DNA of 64,000 nt from Octopus sinensis (GCF_006345805.1 NC_042999.1:67518001-67582000); one strand, 5' to 3'; shown: positions 24,943-36,791, numbered from the stretch's first letter. Numbers and translations: made by a program. Notes: generated from the letters alone by a model not told the origin.

Positions 24943-25184
24943 ATACAAATAAGAAAATGGAGAAACAAATTTGGTTTGTTCATCAATTTACAGATATTAT
25001 GATGTTGGATTATTTATTCATTTTATAAATTAGAACATCAAAAGCATACAAAAATATTATTTATATAATATTTTTGTATGCTTTTGATGTTCTAATTTGT
25101 AAAATGAATAAATAATCCAGCATTATAATATCTGTAAGTTGATGAACAAACCAAATTTTTGTCTCCATTTTCTTATTTGTATTA
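24941..25184. repeat. Near-perfect 244-bp palindrome (120-bp arms, 4-nt loop)
   Basis: Arms 24941-25060 and 25065-25184, loop ttat. Confidence 0.95.
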
Positions 25185-25371
25185 TAAATTTACAGTAAAA
25201 ATATTTCTTTACCTTCATCTGTTTAATGCAGTAAATGAATTAATTGCATTGCAATTAAAAACATTTATGTATTAAGAATTTGGGTATTATCAACAGTATA
25301 TTGGATAAATGATATCCTATAGTGGGTTACACCCATAACCCCTATCTTACTTTGTACTATATATATATATA

Positions 25372-25917
25372 CTAGCAGCTAAGCCCGGTTTCACCTGGTC
25401 GGTTTGGATGATGTGTCTGTAAAACCTGCTCTGTGTAAGCATTTGACTTGTTTGGGCACGCTTACATTAAGAAACAATTTTAGAATGACATTTTTCTGTC
25501 AAAACGCTAAAAATAATTGACCAACAAAAAGAAACTGACCAAGATTCAAACAAATCAAAAAAATAAACCCAAATACTAAGCGAACAAAAATGCAAAACAA
25601 CAGAAACAAGCATAAAAAATAAAACAAAAATTAAAAGAAATAAAAAATAGGTAAAGAATCTTTTAAATTTTCAAAGGTCAAAAACAAACAAAAAAATAAT
25701 AACTGAAAAACATTAAATACTGCAACCTCAATGCGAAATATTACATAAAATTTGAAAACCGAAAGAAAAATACCCATCTGAAACTGAAAAACAATTAACT
25801 TCTTGGTAACAATGGGAACTATGAAAAAAAATATGACATCACCCCCCCACCTCCTTCTTTATTCATCTATCGCCCTTCCTTTCTCATTCATAAACACAAG
25901 AGTATTATTATAGTAGA
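25372..25917 (-). mobile_element. Non-autonomous Helitron
   Basis: On the minus strand it starts A|TC(tactataataat) and ends ...ccaggtgaaaccgggcttagctgCTAG|T, with a GC-rich subterminal hairpin and no TSD. Confidence 0.85.
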
Positions 25918-26109
25918 TTATCTCAGTAACCATGAGAGCTATGAGAAATGTACAAAGCCCAGCATCACAACCAGATCACTCTACACATCTGTGTAATTTT
26001 TCACGCAATTCCACTCAGCTGTTTGACCGTGAATCCCAAGACAAGAAAGAATCGCCCATGTCAAATTTATATGTGTGTATATATATATATATATAAATAT
26101 ATACACACA

Positions 26110-26316
26110 TATACTTTATTGAAAAGCAGTAAAAATATCACAAAATCTGTTTCGATAAAACAAACCCATTTTCAAATGCGTATCCATTAAACTAATTGTA
26201 TGTTTGCTGATAACTTTATTTCTGTTCCATTCTAAACAAAACTGCCCAACGAATAGGAACATGAAACTCTTGAGTAACAGTTTTTGTGATATTTTTGCTG
26301 CTTTTCAATAAAGTAT
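26110..26316. mobile_element. MITE-like element with ~41-bp inverted repeats
   Basis: atactttattgaaaagcagtaaaaatatcacaaaatctgtt / aacagtttttgtgatatttttgctgcttttcaataaagtat. Confidence 0.8.
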
Positions 26317-26632
26317 ATTACTCTACCTCTGGTATTTGAGTACTATTTTTTCCACCTTGTTTCGCATTTATGTGCTTACTCTGGTATATATATATATATA
26401 TACTCAATAGACAACATATACATATTTTTAAATAGTGTACATCAAAACACAAAAGAAAATTACCCATTAACAGGTAATTTTTACATGCTAGAAATAGCAG
26501 CCAACATGGCCAAAACCACGATTTAATAGCAGTTTTCGAAGGAATTGAAAAATAAAAAACTTTTACCTTGTTATTTATTATCGGTTATACCATGGTTTCG
26601 AAATTTCTTTCTTATGTATATATATATATATA

Positions 26633-26669
<37 letters not shown>

Positions 26670-26675
26670 CTTGTG

Positions 26676-26866
26676 CCAGTGGCACATAAAATGCACCCAC
26701 TACACTCATAGAGTGGTTGGTGTTAGGAAGGGCATCCAGCTGTAGAAACACTGCCAGATCAGACTGGAGCCTGGTGCAGCCTCCTGGCTTCCCAAACCCC
26801 GGTCAAACCGTCCAACCCATGCTAGCATGGAAAACGGACGTTAAACGATGATAATGATGATGATGA
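26676..26866 (+). mobile_element. RTE 3'UTR/tail copy
   Basis: Same family, flanked by (TA)n. Confidence 0.85.
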
Positions 26867-27845
26867 TATATATATACACACACACATGCACATGCACTCA
26901 AACACACACATATGTAAGTGCGTATATGTATATATATTATGAGTACATGTGCATGTTTGTGTGTGTGTGTGTGTTGGGGGGGGCAGGGGAGTGGTGGGGT
27001 TGTATTTTACTTGAGCAATCAGGGTTGACAAATTAGCTGACAGCTCTTATCATTACCTGATAAACACAATGTGCTTGTCATGGAACTTTTGTGAGAGAAT
27101 ACAAAGGTAGTTTCCAATTGCTTTCCTTACACACACACACACACACACATTATCTGATCTGTTTCTCTATCTACATAAAGCAGGTTGAAACTTCGAAGTC
27201 ACTATCACCCCACTTCTTATAAAAGTTTAATATACATGAACTCTTCTAAAAAATCATTGAGCAATTCATCAGTTTTGTATTAAATTGTCTTTGTTGTACC
27301 TCAACAGAGAGCTAACTTTAATCACTGTTAACAAGTCTGCAATTAACAGACGAAACTAGTTGAGGAGTGATTATCTCCCCTGTCAGTGTATATGTGTGTG
27401 TGTGTGTGTATATATATGTGCACATATGCAGCTTTAAGTGTCTTAACTCTTATTTCTACCAATATAAGTGTTTTATGGTTTTATATTGTGTGTAGCTGCT
27501 AATATTAATATATATATATATTAATATACATATATACAAAATTTAGAGGAATGACCACTGAAGTGGACACCCTATATGCTAAACATAGACGTTTTCATTT
27601 GTCTTGCTCATTTTTACATTTTGGCGTTTTGCTGAGATTCTTTTCTTAAGAACACATTCTTCATGGTAATGGCGATTTGACATCTATGTTTAGCATATAG
27701 GGTGTCCACTTTAGTGGCCATTCTTCTAAATTTTGTATGTATCATAATTTTTGATCTTCAGATTTTTAAAATATGCTAAGCCACTGGTTTTAATTGATTA
27801 ACATCAATTTCTACCCTTATTATTTAATTTTATATATATATATAT

Positions 27846-28446
27846 CTTCGGCATCCGTCCGTCTCGAGAGACGATGGTGTAGCTTGGAAAAGGTGGTGGG
27901 TTTATCTGCACTTCCTGGTGTCTGCTGCAGTGTCCTCTCCAGTCCTCTTCCTGTTGAGCTACAAGGCCTGGGCAGGTTTGCATGAGGGATCAGCTGTTGT
28001 CCATGCAGTTTGAATCCCATTCTCCACGCAGCTGGTAGCTCCAAGCTTGGTACCAGATGCGTCGCAGGAGTTGCCGGTAATGACGTGTTGTGTCAGGCCG
28101 CCTTAGGGACTCCAGCTTGGGATTTTCTGTCGGGGTTTACTCCCTTAGCCTTCCCCAGGAGGGGGTCTTGCCGCAAGGCAGCGGAGGTTTGAAATCGGAG
28201 TTTCCCTCTCCTAGCTGGGCTGCAAATCAAGGCTATCGGAGTCCCAACTACCCGAAGCAACTGGTTTTAAGGTGCCAGTGACTCGCCTTTGCCCCTTCTC
28301 CTGTCAGTGGGAACAGTTTCGGCGTGGGAAGGCCAGGAGTTGGACTTGACAGTCAGAGGCTATTTGAGACGCACGCTGTGGGAGCACTTTGTAGGCAGTG
28401 GGAGCTTATCCCCACTGCCACTTCCGGCTACGACAGCCTTTGAAAC
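27846..28446 (-). mobile_element. Bipartite non-autonomous RTE element (5'UTR fused to the 3' terminus) in (TA)n
   Basis: The 5' part (ggcagtggggataagctcccactgcc...gcgtgcgtctcaaatagcctctgac...ctgacaggagaaggggcaaaggcg...ttcaaacctccgctgccttgcggc) resembles RTE-1/AviRTE-type 5'UTRs as I recall them. The 3' end ccatcgtctctcgagacggacggatgccgaag resembles the RTE 3' stem-loop. There is no ORF between them. Confidence 0.75.
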
Positions 28447-28447
28447 T

Positions 28448-28492
<45 letters not shown>

Positions 28493-29079
28493 CAGAGTAA
28501 CTTCTATGCTGGAGTAAGAACAGCCTGTTCTTTGTCTATTTCTTTAACTTCTTGGAGATTTTAGGTATAATTATACTAATGTGTCCATCTGTTCTAATTC
28601 AATTAAATTCTTTGTCTTTGTGCAGCTGAAGATTGCTCTGTATTTTAAATTAATGTAATGATTGTATTGTTCAATTAAATGGAGTTGCATGAAACGATTG
28701 TACTGCATTATCTCTGGATATCTTTGTTGCTTATTTTGATATGTATATATATTATGTACCCTTGTTACCTTTCTGTTGAGGTCGTGATAGTTGTAAATGA
28801 GTGTCACCATCATATATATGATGTTCATTTCCAGTCTTTCATGAAATGCATGTCTGTCCATGGGGAAATATCGCTTTGCTTGGAAACAGGTGAGAGATGG
28901 CAACAAGTGGGGCATCATGCCATAGGAAAATCTGCCTCAAAAAATTCACTTTGGCTCATGCAAGCATGAGAAAGTAAAGACTAAACAATTGGTATGAAAT
29001 ATTGATGAGAATCATGATGATGCTAGTGTGTGTGTGTATTGTGGCTGTGCTGCAGGAAAGTAATATGAAGGAAAGTAAT

Positions 29080-29490
29080 AAGGCAGTGAGCTGGCAGAAT
29101 TGTTAGCACGCCGGACGAAATGCTTAGTGGTATTTCGTCTGCCGTTACGTTCTGAGTTGAAATTCTGCCGAGGTCGACTTTGCCTTTCATCCTTTCGAGG
29201 TTGATAAATTAAGTACCAGTTACACCCTGGGGTTGATATAATCGACTTAATCCGTTTGTCTGTCCTCTCTGTTTTTAGCCCTTGTGGGTAGTAAAGAAAT
29301 AGGTATTTCGTCTGCCGTTACGTTCTGAGTTCAAATTCTGCCGAGGTCGACTTTGCCTTTCATCCTTTCGGGGTCAATAAATTAAGTACGAGTTATGCAC
29401 TGGGGCCGATATAATCGACTTAATCCCTTTGTCTGTCCTTGTTTGTCCCCTCAATGTTTAGCCCTTTGTGGGCAATAAAGAAATAAGGAA
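29080..29490 (+). mobile_element. SINE family B, dimeric form
   Basis: Same dimer junction as 1744-2160. Confidence 0.9.
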
Positions 29491-29887
29491 AGTAATATGA
29501 AGAGGGTATAGAAAAGGAAGACTCCAAGATACAATTAGTGATAAAGCACCATGCCTGCAGTGTAAATGGCTTCCTTTAACATTGGGATGTCATGAACTTG
29601 TAGCTACACCAACTGTCTTCTAATAGAGCAGTGTTTGGTAAACAGCAGAGGTAAGTAATAAACATGTTGTCACTGATGTAGCAGACACATGCAAAAATAG
29701 GAGAATGACCAAGGCTTTGTGGTTCAGAAGTTAAGGTGTACGTATGTCTGGGTGGTTAAGAAGCTTGCTTTAAAATCGTTTAGTTTTGAATTCAGTTCTG
29801 ATGTATGGCACCTCGGGCACATGTCTTCAACTATAGTCTTGAGTGAATCTGGTGCACAGAAACTGCATAGAAGACCAATAGAATTAG

Positions 29888-30104
29888 GGCGTAACTTCGG
29901 TATAAGTACCAGATACATTTCAAGAAAGTGTTTTTTTTTTATATATGGGGGGCTAGGGTTAAGGTTAGTGTTTGGGTTAGGGTTAGGGTTTGTGTTAGGG
30001 TTAGGGTTAGGGTTTGTGTTAGGGTTAGGGGTGGGAGAAAAGGGTTTCTGTTATCCTCAGAAATGTAAACAAAACCACGTGTGTACTTATACCGAAGGAT
30101 CACC
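29888..30104. mobile_element. Non-autonomous DNA transposon with 8-bp TSD and (TTAGGG)-like core
   Basis: GG...CC termini, TIR core cttcggtataagtac / gtacttataccgaag. TSD agaattag at 29880-29887 and 30105-30112. Confidence 0.85.
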
Positions 30105-30526
30105 AGAATTAGTACTAGATTTGACTATTTTCAACTAAACCCATCACAGCAGTGCATCAACGTGGCTGCAGTCCAGTGACTCAGATAAGTAAAAGACAAA
30201 GTTGATTGTGAATGACGGTTTCTCGGGAAACAGTAAAACAAAATAGTCTTTGCTTGATTAGAATGGTTGTAGTTGTCTTTGATTTGATGTGGTGGTTGCA
30301 TGAATGACAAACAGAATGAAAAGCCTACAATAATGTAGGTTAAAAGAACTTAGATATTCCCTGGTGACAGCAATGCTATTTGGTACTGCTGGAAAGTGGT
30401 AATAGTGGTTAGAGTATGGCTTAGTGGTTAGAGGAGAAGACTCGCAGTCGAGAGATCGCGGGTTCGAATCTCAGACCGGGCGATGTGTGTGTTTATGAGC
30501 GAAACACCTAAGCTCTACGCTTGAAT

Positions 30527-30760
30527 GAAGGCGGTGAGCTGGCAGAAACGTTAGCACGCCGGGCGAAATGCTTAGCGGTATTTCGTCTGCCGTTACGTTC
30601 TGAGTTCAAATTCCGCCGAGGTCGACTTAGCCTTTTCATCCTTTCGGGGTCGATAAATTAAGTACCAGTTACGCACTGGAGTCGATGTAATCGACTTAAT
30701 CCCTTGTCTGTCCTTGTTTGTCCCCTCTATGTTTAACCCCCTGTGGGCAATAAAGAAATA
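30527..30760 (+). mobile_element. SINE family B monomer (CpG-intact), preceded by a family C head at 30410-30520
   Basis: Near-consensus with CpGs retained. Confidence 0.9.
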
Positions 30761-31029
30761 AATATTAATATAAGCATCGTTCGATTGCCTTGCGTTTGAA
30801 TGTGCCGTAAATACTACTGGCCTAGTGTTAAACAACACCTTAATAAACATATGACATATTCAAATACAAAGCTATACATCACCTAATGCTAGCATTGTTC
30901 TAATACTCTAAATACTAATAAAGGTATTGTTCTATTGCTTTGCAATTAGTATGTGCAGCAAACATTACCAAATGCACTTTAAGTCATTGCTAAACACTAA
31001 AACTGCTCAAATAGTATATTGGGTTAACT

Positions 31030-31387
31030 CTGGTAGAGGGCGTGACAATCGTTCAGCAGCAGCAGTAGCAGCAGCAGCCACGTGACCTACAAACGATGGT
31101 GACGTTAGTGATGTCGGCCGTGGCCGCGTTGCTAGATGGTCTCCTCTTTATCAAGCTGCATCTTCTCACACGTACCAAGATCGGATGTCGTCTAATCTCG
31201 CCCAGTCTGTAATATTCATTCATCTGACGCTGGTCGTTTTTATTATTGTTGTTAATACAGTACTGTTGTCCTCGACAACACAGCAGTTCTTCCTTTAAAA
31301 ACCCATATATCTATATATATATATATATATTATATATACAAACACACACTTGAATATTAATATTATTAATTCACCATTGCCTCTACA
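31030..31387 (+). promoter_or_regulatory. CpG-rich promoter/5'UTR of second gene, with (CAG)n tract and CACGTG E-box
   Basis: gggcgtgac, a cagcagcagcagtagcagcagcag tract, ccacgtgacc at about 31078-31087 and dense CpG, directly upstream of an ATG exon. Confidence 0.55.
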
Positions 31388-31474
31388 ATGTCCCAGTTCG
31401 GAAGAGATTTGGACAACTTCAGCGCCTGCAGAACTGTCCGCATTATCGGCTCGGAATGTGTGGAAAACTATACG
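31388..31474 (+). CDS. Probable first coding exon of an unidentified gene: MSQFGRDLDNFSACRTVRIIGSECVENYT
   Basis: acaATG, 29 open codons, strong phase-0 donor acg|gtaaga, downstream of the CpG-rich promoter. I do not recognise the protein and found no convincing downstream exon. Confidence 0.55.
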
Positions 31475-31724
31475 GTAAGAGATAATCACTTCTATATACC
31501 TTGTCAGTGTTACACAGTGTTTATATATAAAAATACATAGAAGTATATGTGTTTGTATCTACGCATAATGCATCTATATGTATGTATAATATATATATAT
31601 ATATAATGAATCTATGTGTCTTGTATATATGTATAACGTGTGGATACACATATATAATGTCTATGCATGTATGTGGGTGTAATACCCGACGAACAACATA
31701 CCAACACCACTTCGCTTTCTATTG

Positions 31725-31756
<32 letters not shown>

Positions 31757-32025
31757 ATACATACACACACTTCACTAATCAACGTCGATGATAATATCTT
31801 CAATCTCCTCTTTTCTGTAGTGTATGTGTGTGTATATATAATTATACCGCATATATATATATGTGTGTGTGTATTGAGAAGAATTGAAATGCATGAATGT
31901 TGTAACCTCCACATTTCGAGCACTATTTCATTCATATATTTACCCAACTAAAAAAGGAAAAGAAAATACAAACAACCCTTCAAGCTTCACACTTTCCCTT
32001 CAGTCACATATATAGTTCCATAGCT

Positions 32026-32087
<62 letters not shown>

Positions 32088-33297
32088 CATACATGCATAC
32101 ACATATGTATGTACACTCACTCACACTTACAGACACACGCGTTTGGTTGTACACATAGGAGAAAGAGTATCAATGACTAGCATCAATCGTACCAGAAATA
32201 CCTTGCTCGCTTTTTAATCAATGAACTGGATGCTTGCTTCTCAGCAGCATTTCTCTGTTCTAATTCTATTTTCGAAGGCTCCACTGTTGCACTCGGGCCT
32301 TCGTTCATTCATTTCCTTTCATCAATGCTACATGTTATAGAGTAACAGTGATTAACTCAGGACTATTACTGCGTAGCTATTTGTACTTCGTTTCCTCTGT
32401 ATATATAATTGGCTTTCTCCCTAGTTTAACAAACAATGAAACCACCACCATTAAGTGTACGCGATTATTATTGTGTACGAATACGTATGTATATTTGCGT
32501 AACACCCACTTTTCCAATTTCACGTTTGGTTCTATATGTGTGTGTTGCATTGTACTATTGTTAGTGTTGACCCTGTGGCAGATAAAACTGTATTATTATT
32601 GGAACATGACTCAATTCCCCCCGCCTTTCTCTCTTCCGAATCGGAGACCTTGTGCTTTGGTTTCAAATATCAATCAATGGTTATCATTGGTGTCGATTTG
32701 GAGTTCGATACACCCCTCCTCTTATTGTAGCCATTTTTTTACACTTGGAAGCACCAAGGCATTTAATAAATAAATATGTTGGAGAAAGGAATGAACCTCA
32801 TACATTCTCGTTACTATCACTGTCTGTAAATCTAAACACATCTCTGTGTGAATTTAGTCAATTTACTACGTAATGTTTTTAGAGTGAATAAATTTTTGTT
32901 TTTTTCGTTGTTCAAGGCCACACTATCCAGGCAAGTGGGTAATAGAATTGACACTGTATCGACTTCCGATATTCGACTGGTATTTTACGACATTAAAAGA
33001 ACCTGTATATGATCTTGGCCACACCACTTGCTAGAGATAGCAGCCGTGAAAACCAAATATGATGGTTACGACTGAAATGCTTTTAAAGAAAGTAGATCTG
33101 TTTGACTTGGGACTAAACAACAATGTACAAATTTTTGTGAACTAGTTTTGTACTGTGAATGCCCACAGTTAGCTCAAAACAAGCACAAAAAGTATAATAA
33201 ACGTTATAAAATTGCTGCGATAATTCCCTGGCATTTTTGTAAGAGATTCAGTTTCGCACGCACAGAAAAACCGAGGCGCTTTTGTGAGAACAATTGA

Positions 33298-33460
33298 AAG
33301 TTCTTGAAAATGTTGACGTTAGGTTGTTATGATACTTCCCATACTAACAGATGGGAGACAGGAATACAATAAACCGGATAATATAGTCATTGATAAGAAG
33401 AAAGTGCTTCCTGTTACCAACAGGACATGCTCGTTTGATTGTAGCTTCCAGGGGAAAGAA
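33298..33460 (+). mobile_element. R4/Dong/NeSL-type (RLE) LINE relic
   Basis: With one stop and one frameshift it reads KVLENVDVRLL*.FPILTDGRQEYNKPDNIVIDKK, matching the ENxxVKILWDFxIQTD...NxPDIVxIDKK restriction-like endonuclease motif. Confidence 0.6.
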
Positions 33461-33461
33461 C

Positions 33462-33835
33462 CATCATCATCATCGTTTAACATCCGTTTTCCATGCTGAC
33501 ATGGATTGGACGGTTTGACTGGATCTGAAAAGCTAGCGGCTGCACCAGGTTCCAATCTGATCTGGCAATGTTTCTACAGCTGGATGCCCTTCCTAATGCC
33601 AACCACTCTGAGAGTGTGGTGGATGCTTTTTACGTGCCACCGGCACAGGAGCCAGGTGGGGGGGGCACTGGCATCGCCACGTTCGAATGGTGCTTTTTAC
33701 GTGCCGCAGGCACGGGAGCCAGCCAGGCGGCACTGGCATCGGCCATGTTCAGATGGTGCTTTTTACGTGCCACCGGCACAGGAGGAACTGGCATCAGCCA
33801 CCTACGGATGGTGTTTTTTATGTGACACTGGCATA
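33462..33835 (-). mobile_element. RTE 3'UTR/tail copy
   Basis: Same family. Confidence 0.85.
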
Positions 33836-35944
33836 GGAGCCATTCAGGTGAAATTCTGAAGTCTGGGAATAAAGAAGTTAATAAGGCCATTATCATCATT
33901 TCATGTCAGTTCTTCCATTTTCCAGTTTGGCATTGTTCAGACGGAATTTGTTGAATCCGAATTCCTATGGTTGACTGCTCTTCCTTACCTGTTTGCAAGC
34001 AAGCTAATGTTCCCCAGGGCCTGATATGTTTACTACAGAAGACTGGAAACAAACAACATTGCTTGCATGACAGTGATGCTTCTTTATAATCATAATATGT
34101 CAAGACACCACACACACACACTCGCGATCGGTTTCTTTCAATTTCTATCTACCAAGATCGTTAGCCACTACACGCATTTTTTTCTCTCCTTGTTTTTTCT
34201 GTGTTCCTTTCTGTAGAAGAGCATAGGCTCGAAACGTAAAAGACTTTTTCTATTCCTGAGCGTTATACTAATACATCTGTTTGTTTTGTACACCACCTGT
34301 CTTCGCCTTTTGTTTTGTTTTTTTCGTGAATTCTCCATTATTAAGGCTTTGGTTGACCCAGAGCTGTAGTAAAAAACACTTGCCCAAGGTGTCACACAGT
34401 GGGACTGTACCTAAGACCACATGGTAGAGAAGCAAGTTTCTTAACCACTCAGACACTCCCAATTATCATTGGGGCTTTGGAAACTGTGAAGAAGAATTTG
34501 AGAGTAAAGTTCTTGATACAATGTATGAATGAATATGTGAAAACTGTAATAACAAGAAAGAATGAGAATGTTTCTCGCCACAGCCCATTGTCCAACAAGA
34601 AGCATAATTAAACCAATTATGACATTAACACATGTTACAACAAAATGACTTCTGATTATTATGCAAAAAGCACCTGTGCCAAGACCCCGTAAAACGCACC
34701 CATGCCAGTGCTGCGTGGAGAGCACCCGTGCTGGTGCCATGTAAGAGGCCTTCAGTACACTGGCATTAGCAAGGGCATCTAGTTGTAAAAGCCCTACTAG
34801 AACAAACTGGAGCCTGGTACAACTCTCCAGCTCACCAGCTCCTGTCAAACCATCCAACCCATGCCAGCATGGAAAAACAAACATTAAATAATGATGATGA
34901 GGATAACCTTAGGCTTTTGGAACATGAATGCAGTCGATTATATTGACCTATTACTTAACTGGTTTTATTAACCTTAGAAGAAAATGTAACCATAATCTGA
35001 TTTCTTGCTTTAGCACAAGACCACTAATTTTGAAAGGGGGAAGAGTGGGCAATTTTGACCAGTAATCCGACTTTTGAAATTATATGTTGTATTTACAGTA
35101 ATTACATAAGTGCTCAATAGTGGACATCTGCTATAACAGGATATTATCAAACGCCAGTGGCACACCATAAAAGTGACCCACCCATTACTTACATTGAACT
35201 GGTAGTTCACCTTAAGTGGTGTTGAACATGCACAACATTAGCATAACAATGGTGCCATGGACTGGGTAAATGTGGTAATTGGTGTATTTAGTAATCAGGT
35301 CGAAGAATTTTATTAAAAACAGTAACAAGTAATCTAAACAATATAAATAAAGTAGTCAAAGTGTAAAAGAAATAGTGTGTATAAAATCATCATTTAACAC
35401 CCAGGTTTCATGCTGGTGTGGGGTGGATAATTTGACGGGATTTGTTGAGTCCAGGGAGACAGTATCCTGCTCAAAAGCAGTGTTTATCAACCTTTTTACC
35501 CTTGCATCGCCCTTAAAATAAATTACATGTCTCAAGGAACCCGTGCACAAAAAATTTTTATACCATATCTTTCTTGTATTTTTTCATCGTAGTTCATGTG
35601 GTTAATATCATATATATATGTATATATCGTATTTGATAGCCTATAAGATGCATGAGTGCATAGGACTATAGCCTAGGCTATACTTTTGTAAAATAAATTA
35701 CCACTAAAATAATGTTTTAATTCCTCCACTTACCTGTATAACTTTGTTATTACCGGTAATTATAAGCAATTTATTGCATCCACATTCGATGTAAACATAC
35801 AATTGGCGACTGTTCACCAATAGATGGCTGCACACATTTTGTAAACATACATACATTGAGTGCACTGGACACGGGGTTTTTTAAAGCCATTTTGGGGTAA
35901 AAAAGATTCATCTTATAAGCCATCAAATGCGGTGTATATATAGG

Positions 35945-36378
35945 CACCATTCGAGCGTGATCGTTACCAGCGCCGCCTTACTGGCACTCAAACCCTGTGC
36001 TAGTAGGGTATTAAGAGCACCATCCGAGCGTGAACATTGCCAGAGCGGCTATCTGGCCTCCATGCCAGTGGCACGTAAAAGACACCATTCGAGCGTGATC
36101 ATTACCAGCATCGCCTTACTGGCACCTGTGCCGGTGGCATGTGTAAAAGATTCGAGTGAGGTCATTGCCAGTACTACCGACTGGCCCCATGCCGGTGGCA
36201 CATAAAAGCACCCGCTACACTCAAGGAGTGGTTGGCGTTAGGAAGGGCATCCAGCTGTAGAAACTCTGCCAGATCAAGATTGAAGCCTGGTGCAGCCATC
36301 TGGTTCGCCAGCCCTCAGTCATTCGTCCAACCCATGCTAGCATGGAAAGCAGACGTTAAACGATGATTATGATGATGA

Positions 36379-36381
<3 letters not shown>
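35945..36381 (+). mobile_element. RTE 3'UTR/tail copy
   Basis: Same family, (gat)n then (TA)n. Confidence 0.85.
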
Positions 36382-36421
<40 letters not shown>

Positions 36422-36791
36422 TAAATAAAACATATGCATATATGTACATATATGTATGTACCAGCCTCATCGAAGATGCGTATCGCCTTCACCTTCGAAA
36501 CGCAAAGTAGATGAAACCATGGTGACTGAAGAAGGGGAATTTTCCTTGTGTTATTTGTCCTGTACTCTATTTTTTTGTTGTTTAAGAAAAATGTCCAGTT
36601 CCTTGGTTTTGTGTTTGTTTTCATTTCTCATTGTGTTCGACGTTTTTTTTGGTGTCCTGTACCCATATATGCATGTATATATACATGTAGAGGTTAGTAC
36701 GTACATATATGTATATATATATGCATATGTTTTATTTATTAATATATTATATGACGAAATGTACGCATCCATTTCTAAGTAAAATTGTTCT

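Noticed and set aside
28330-28446. HDV-like ribozyme in the RTE 5'UTR
   Set aside because: I could not assemble P1/P1.1/P3 by eye, and the expected L3 region seems deleted in this copy.
29950-30030. Interstitial telomere / chromosome-fusion scar
   Set aside because: The repeats lie inside a TIR/TSD-bounded transposon.
31380-31470. Minus-strand exon overlapping the 31388 exon
   Set aside because: The donor gtgaat is weaker, and the promoter layout, ATG and gtaaga favour the plus strand.
32425-32484. Second exon of the 31.4-kb gene (strong acceptor ttctccctag, donor gtatgt)
   Set aside because: An in-frame stop (FNKQ*) follows a phase-0 join. The alternative ATG peptide MKPPPLSVRDYYCVRI has no support.
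34215-34245. Hammerhead in gaagagcataggctcgaaacgt (similar at about 36470-36500)
   Set aside because: It lacks the CUGA core; probably Penelope-like terminal debris.
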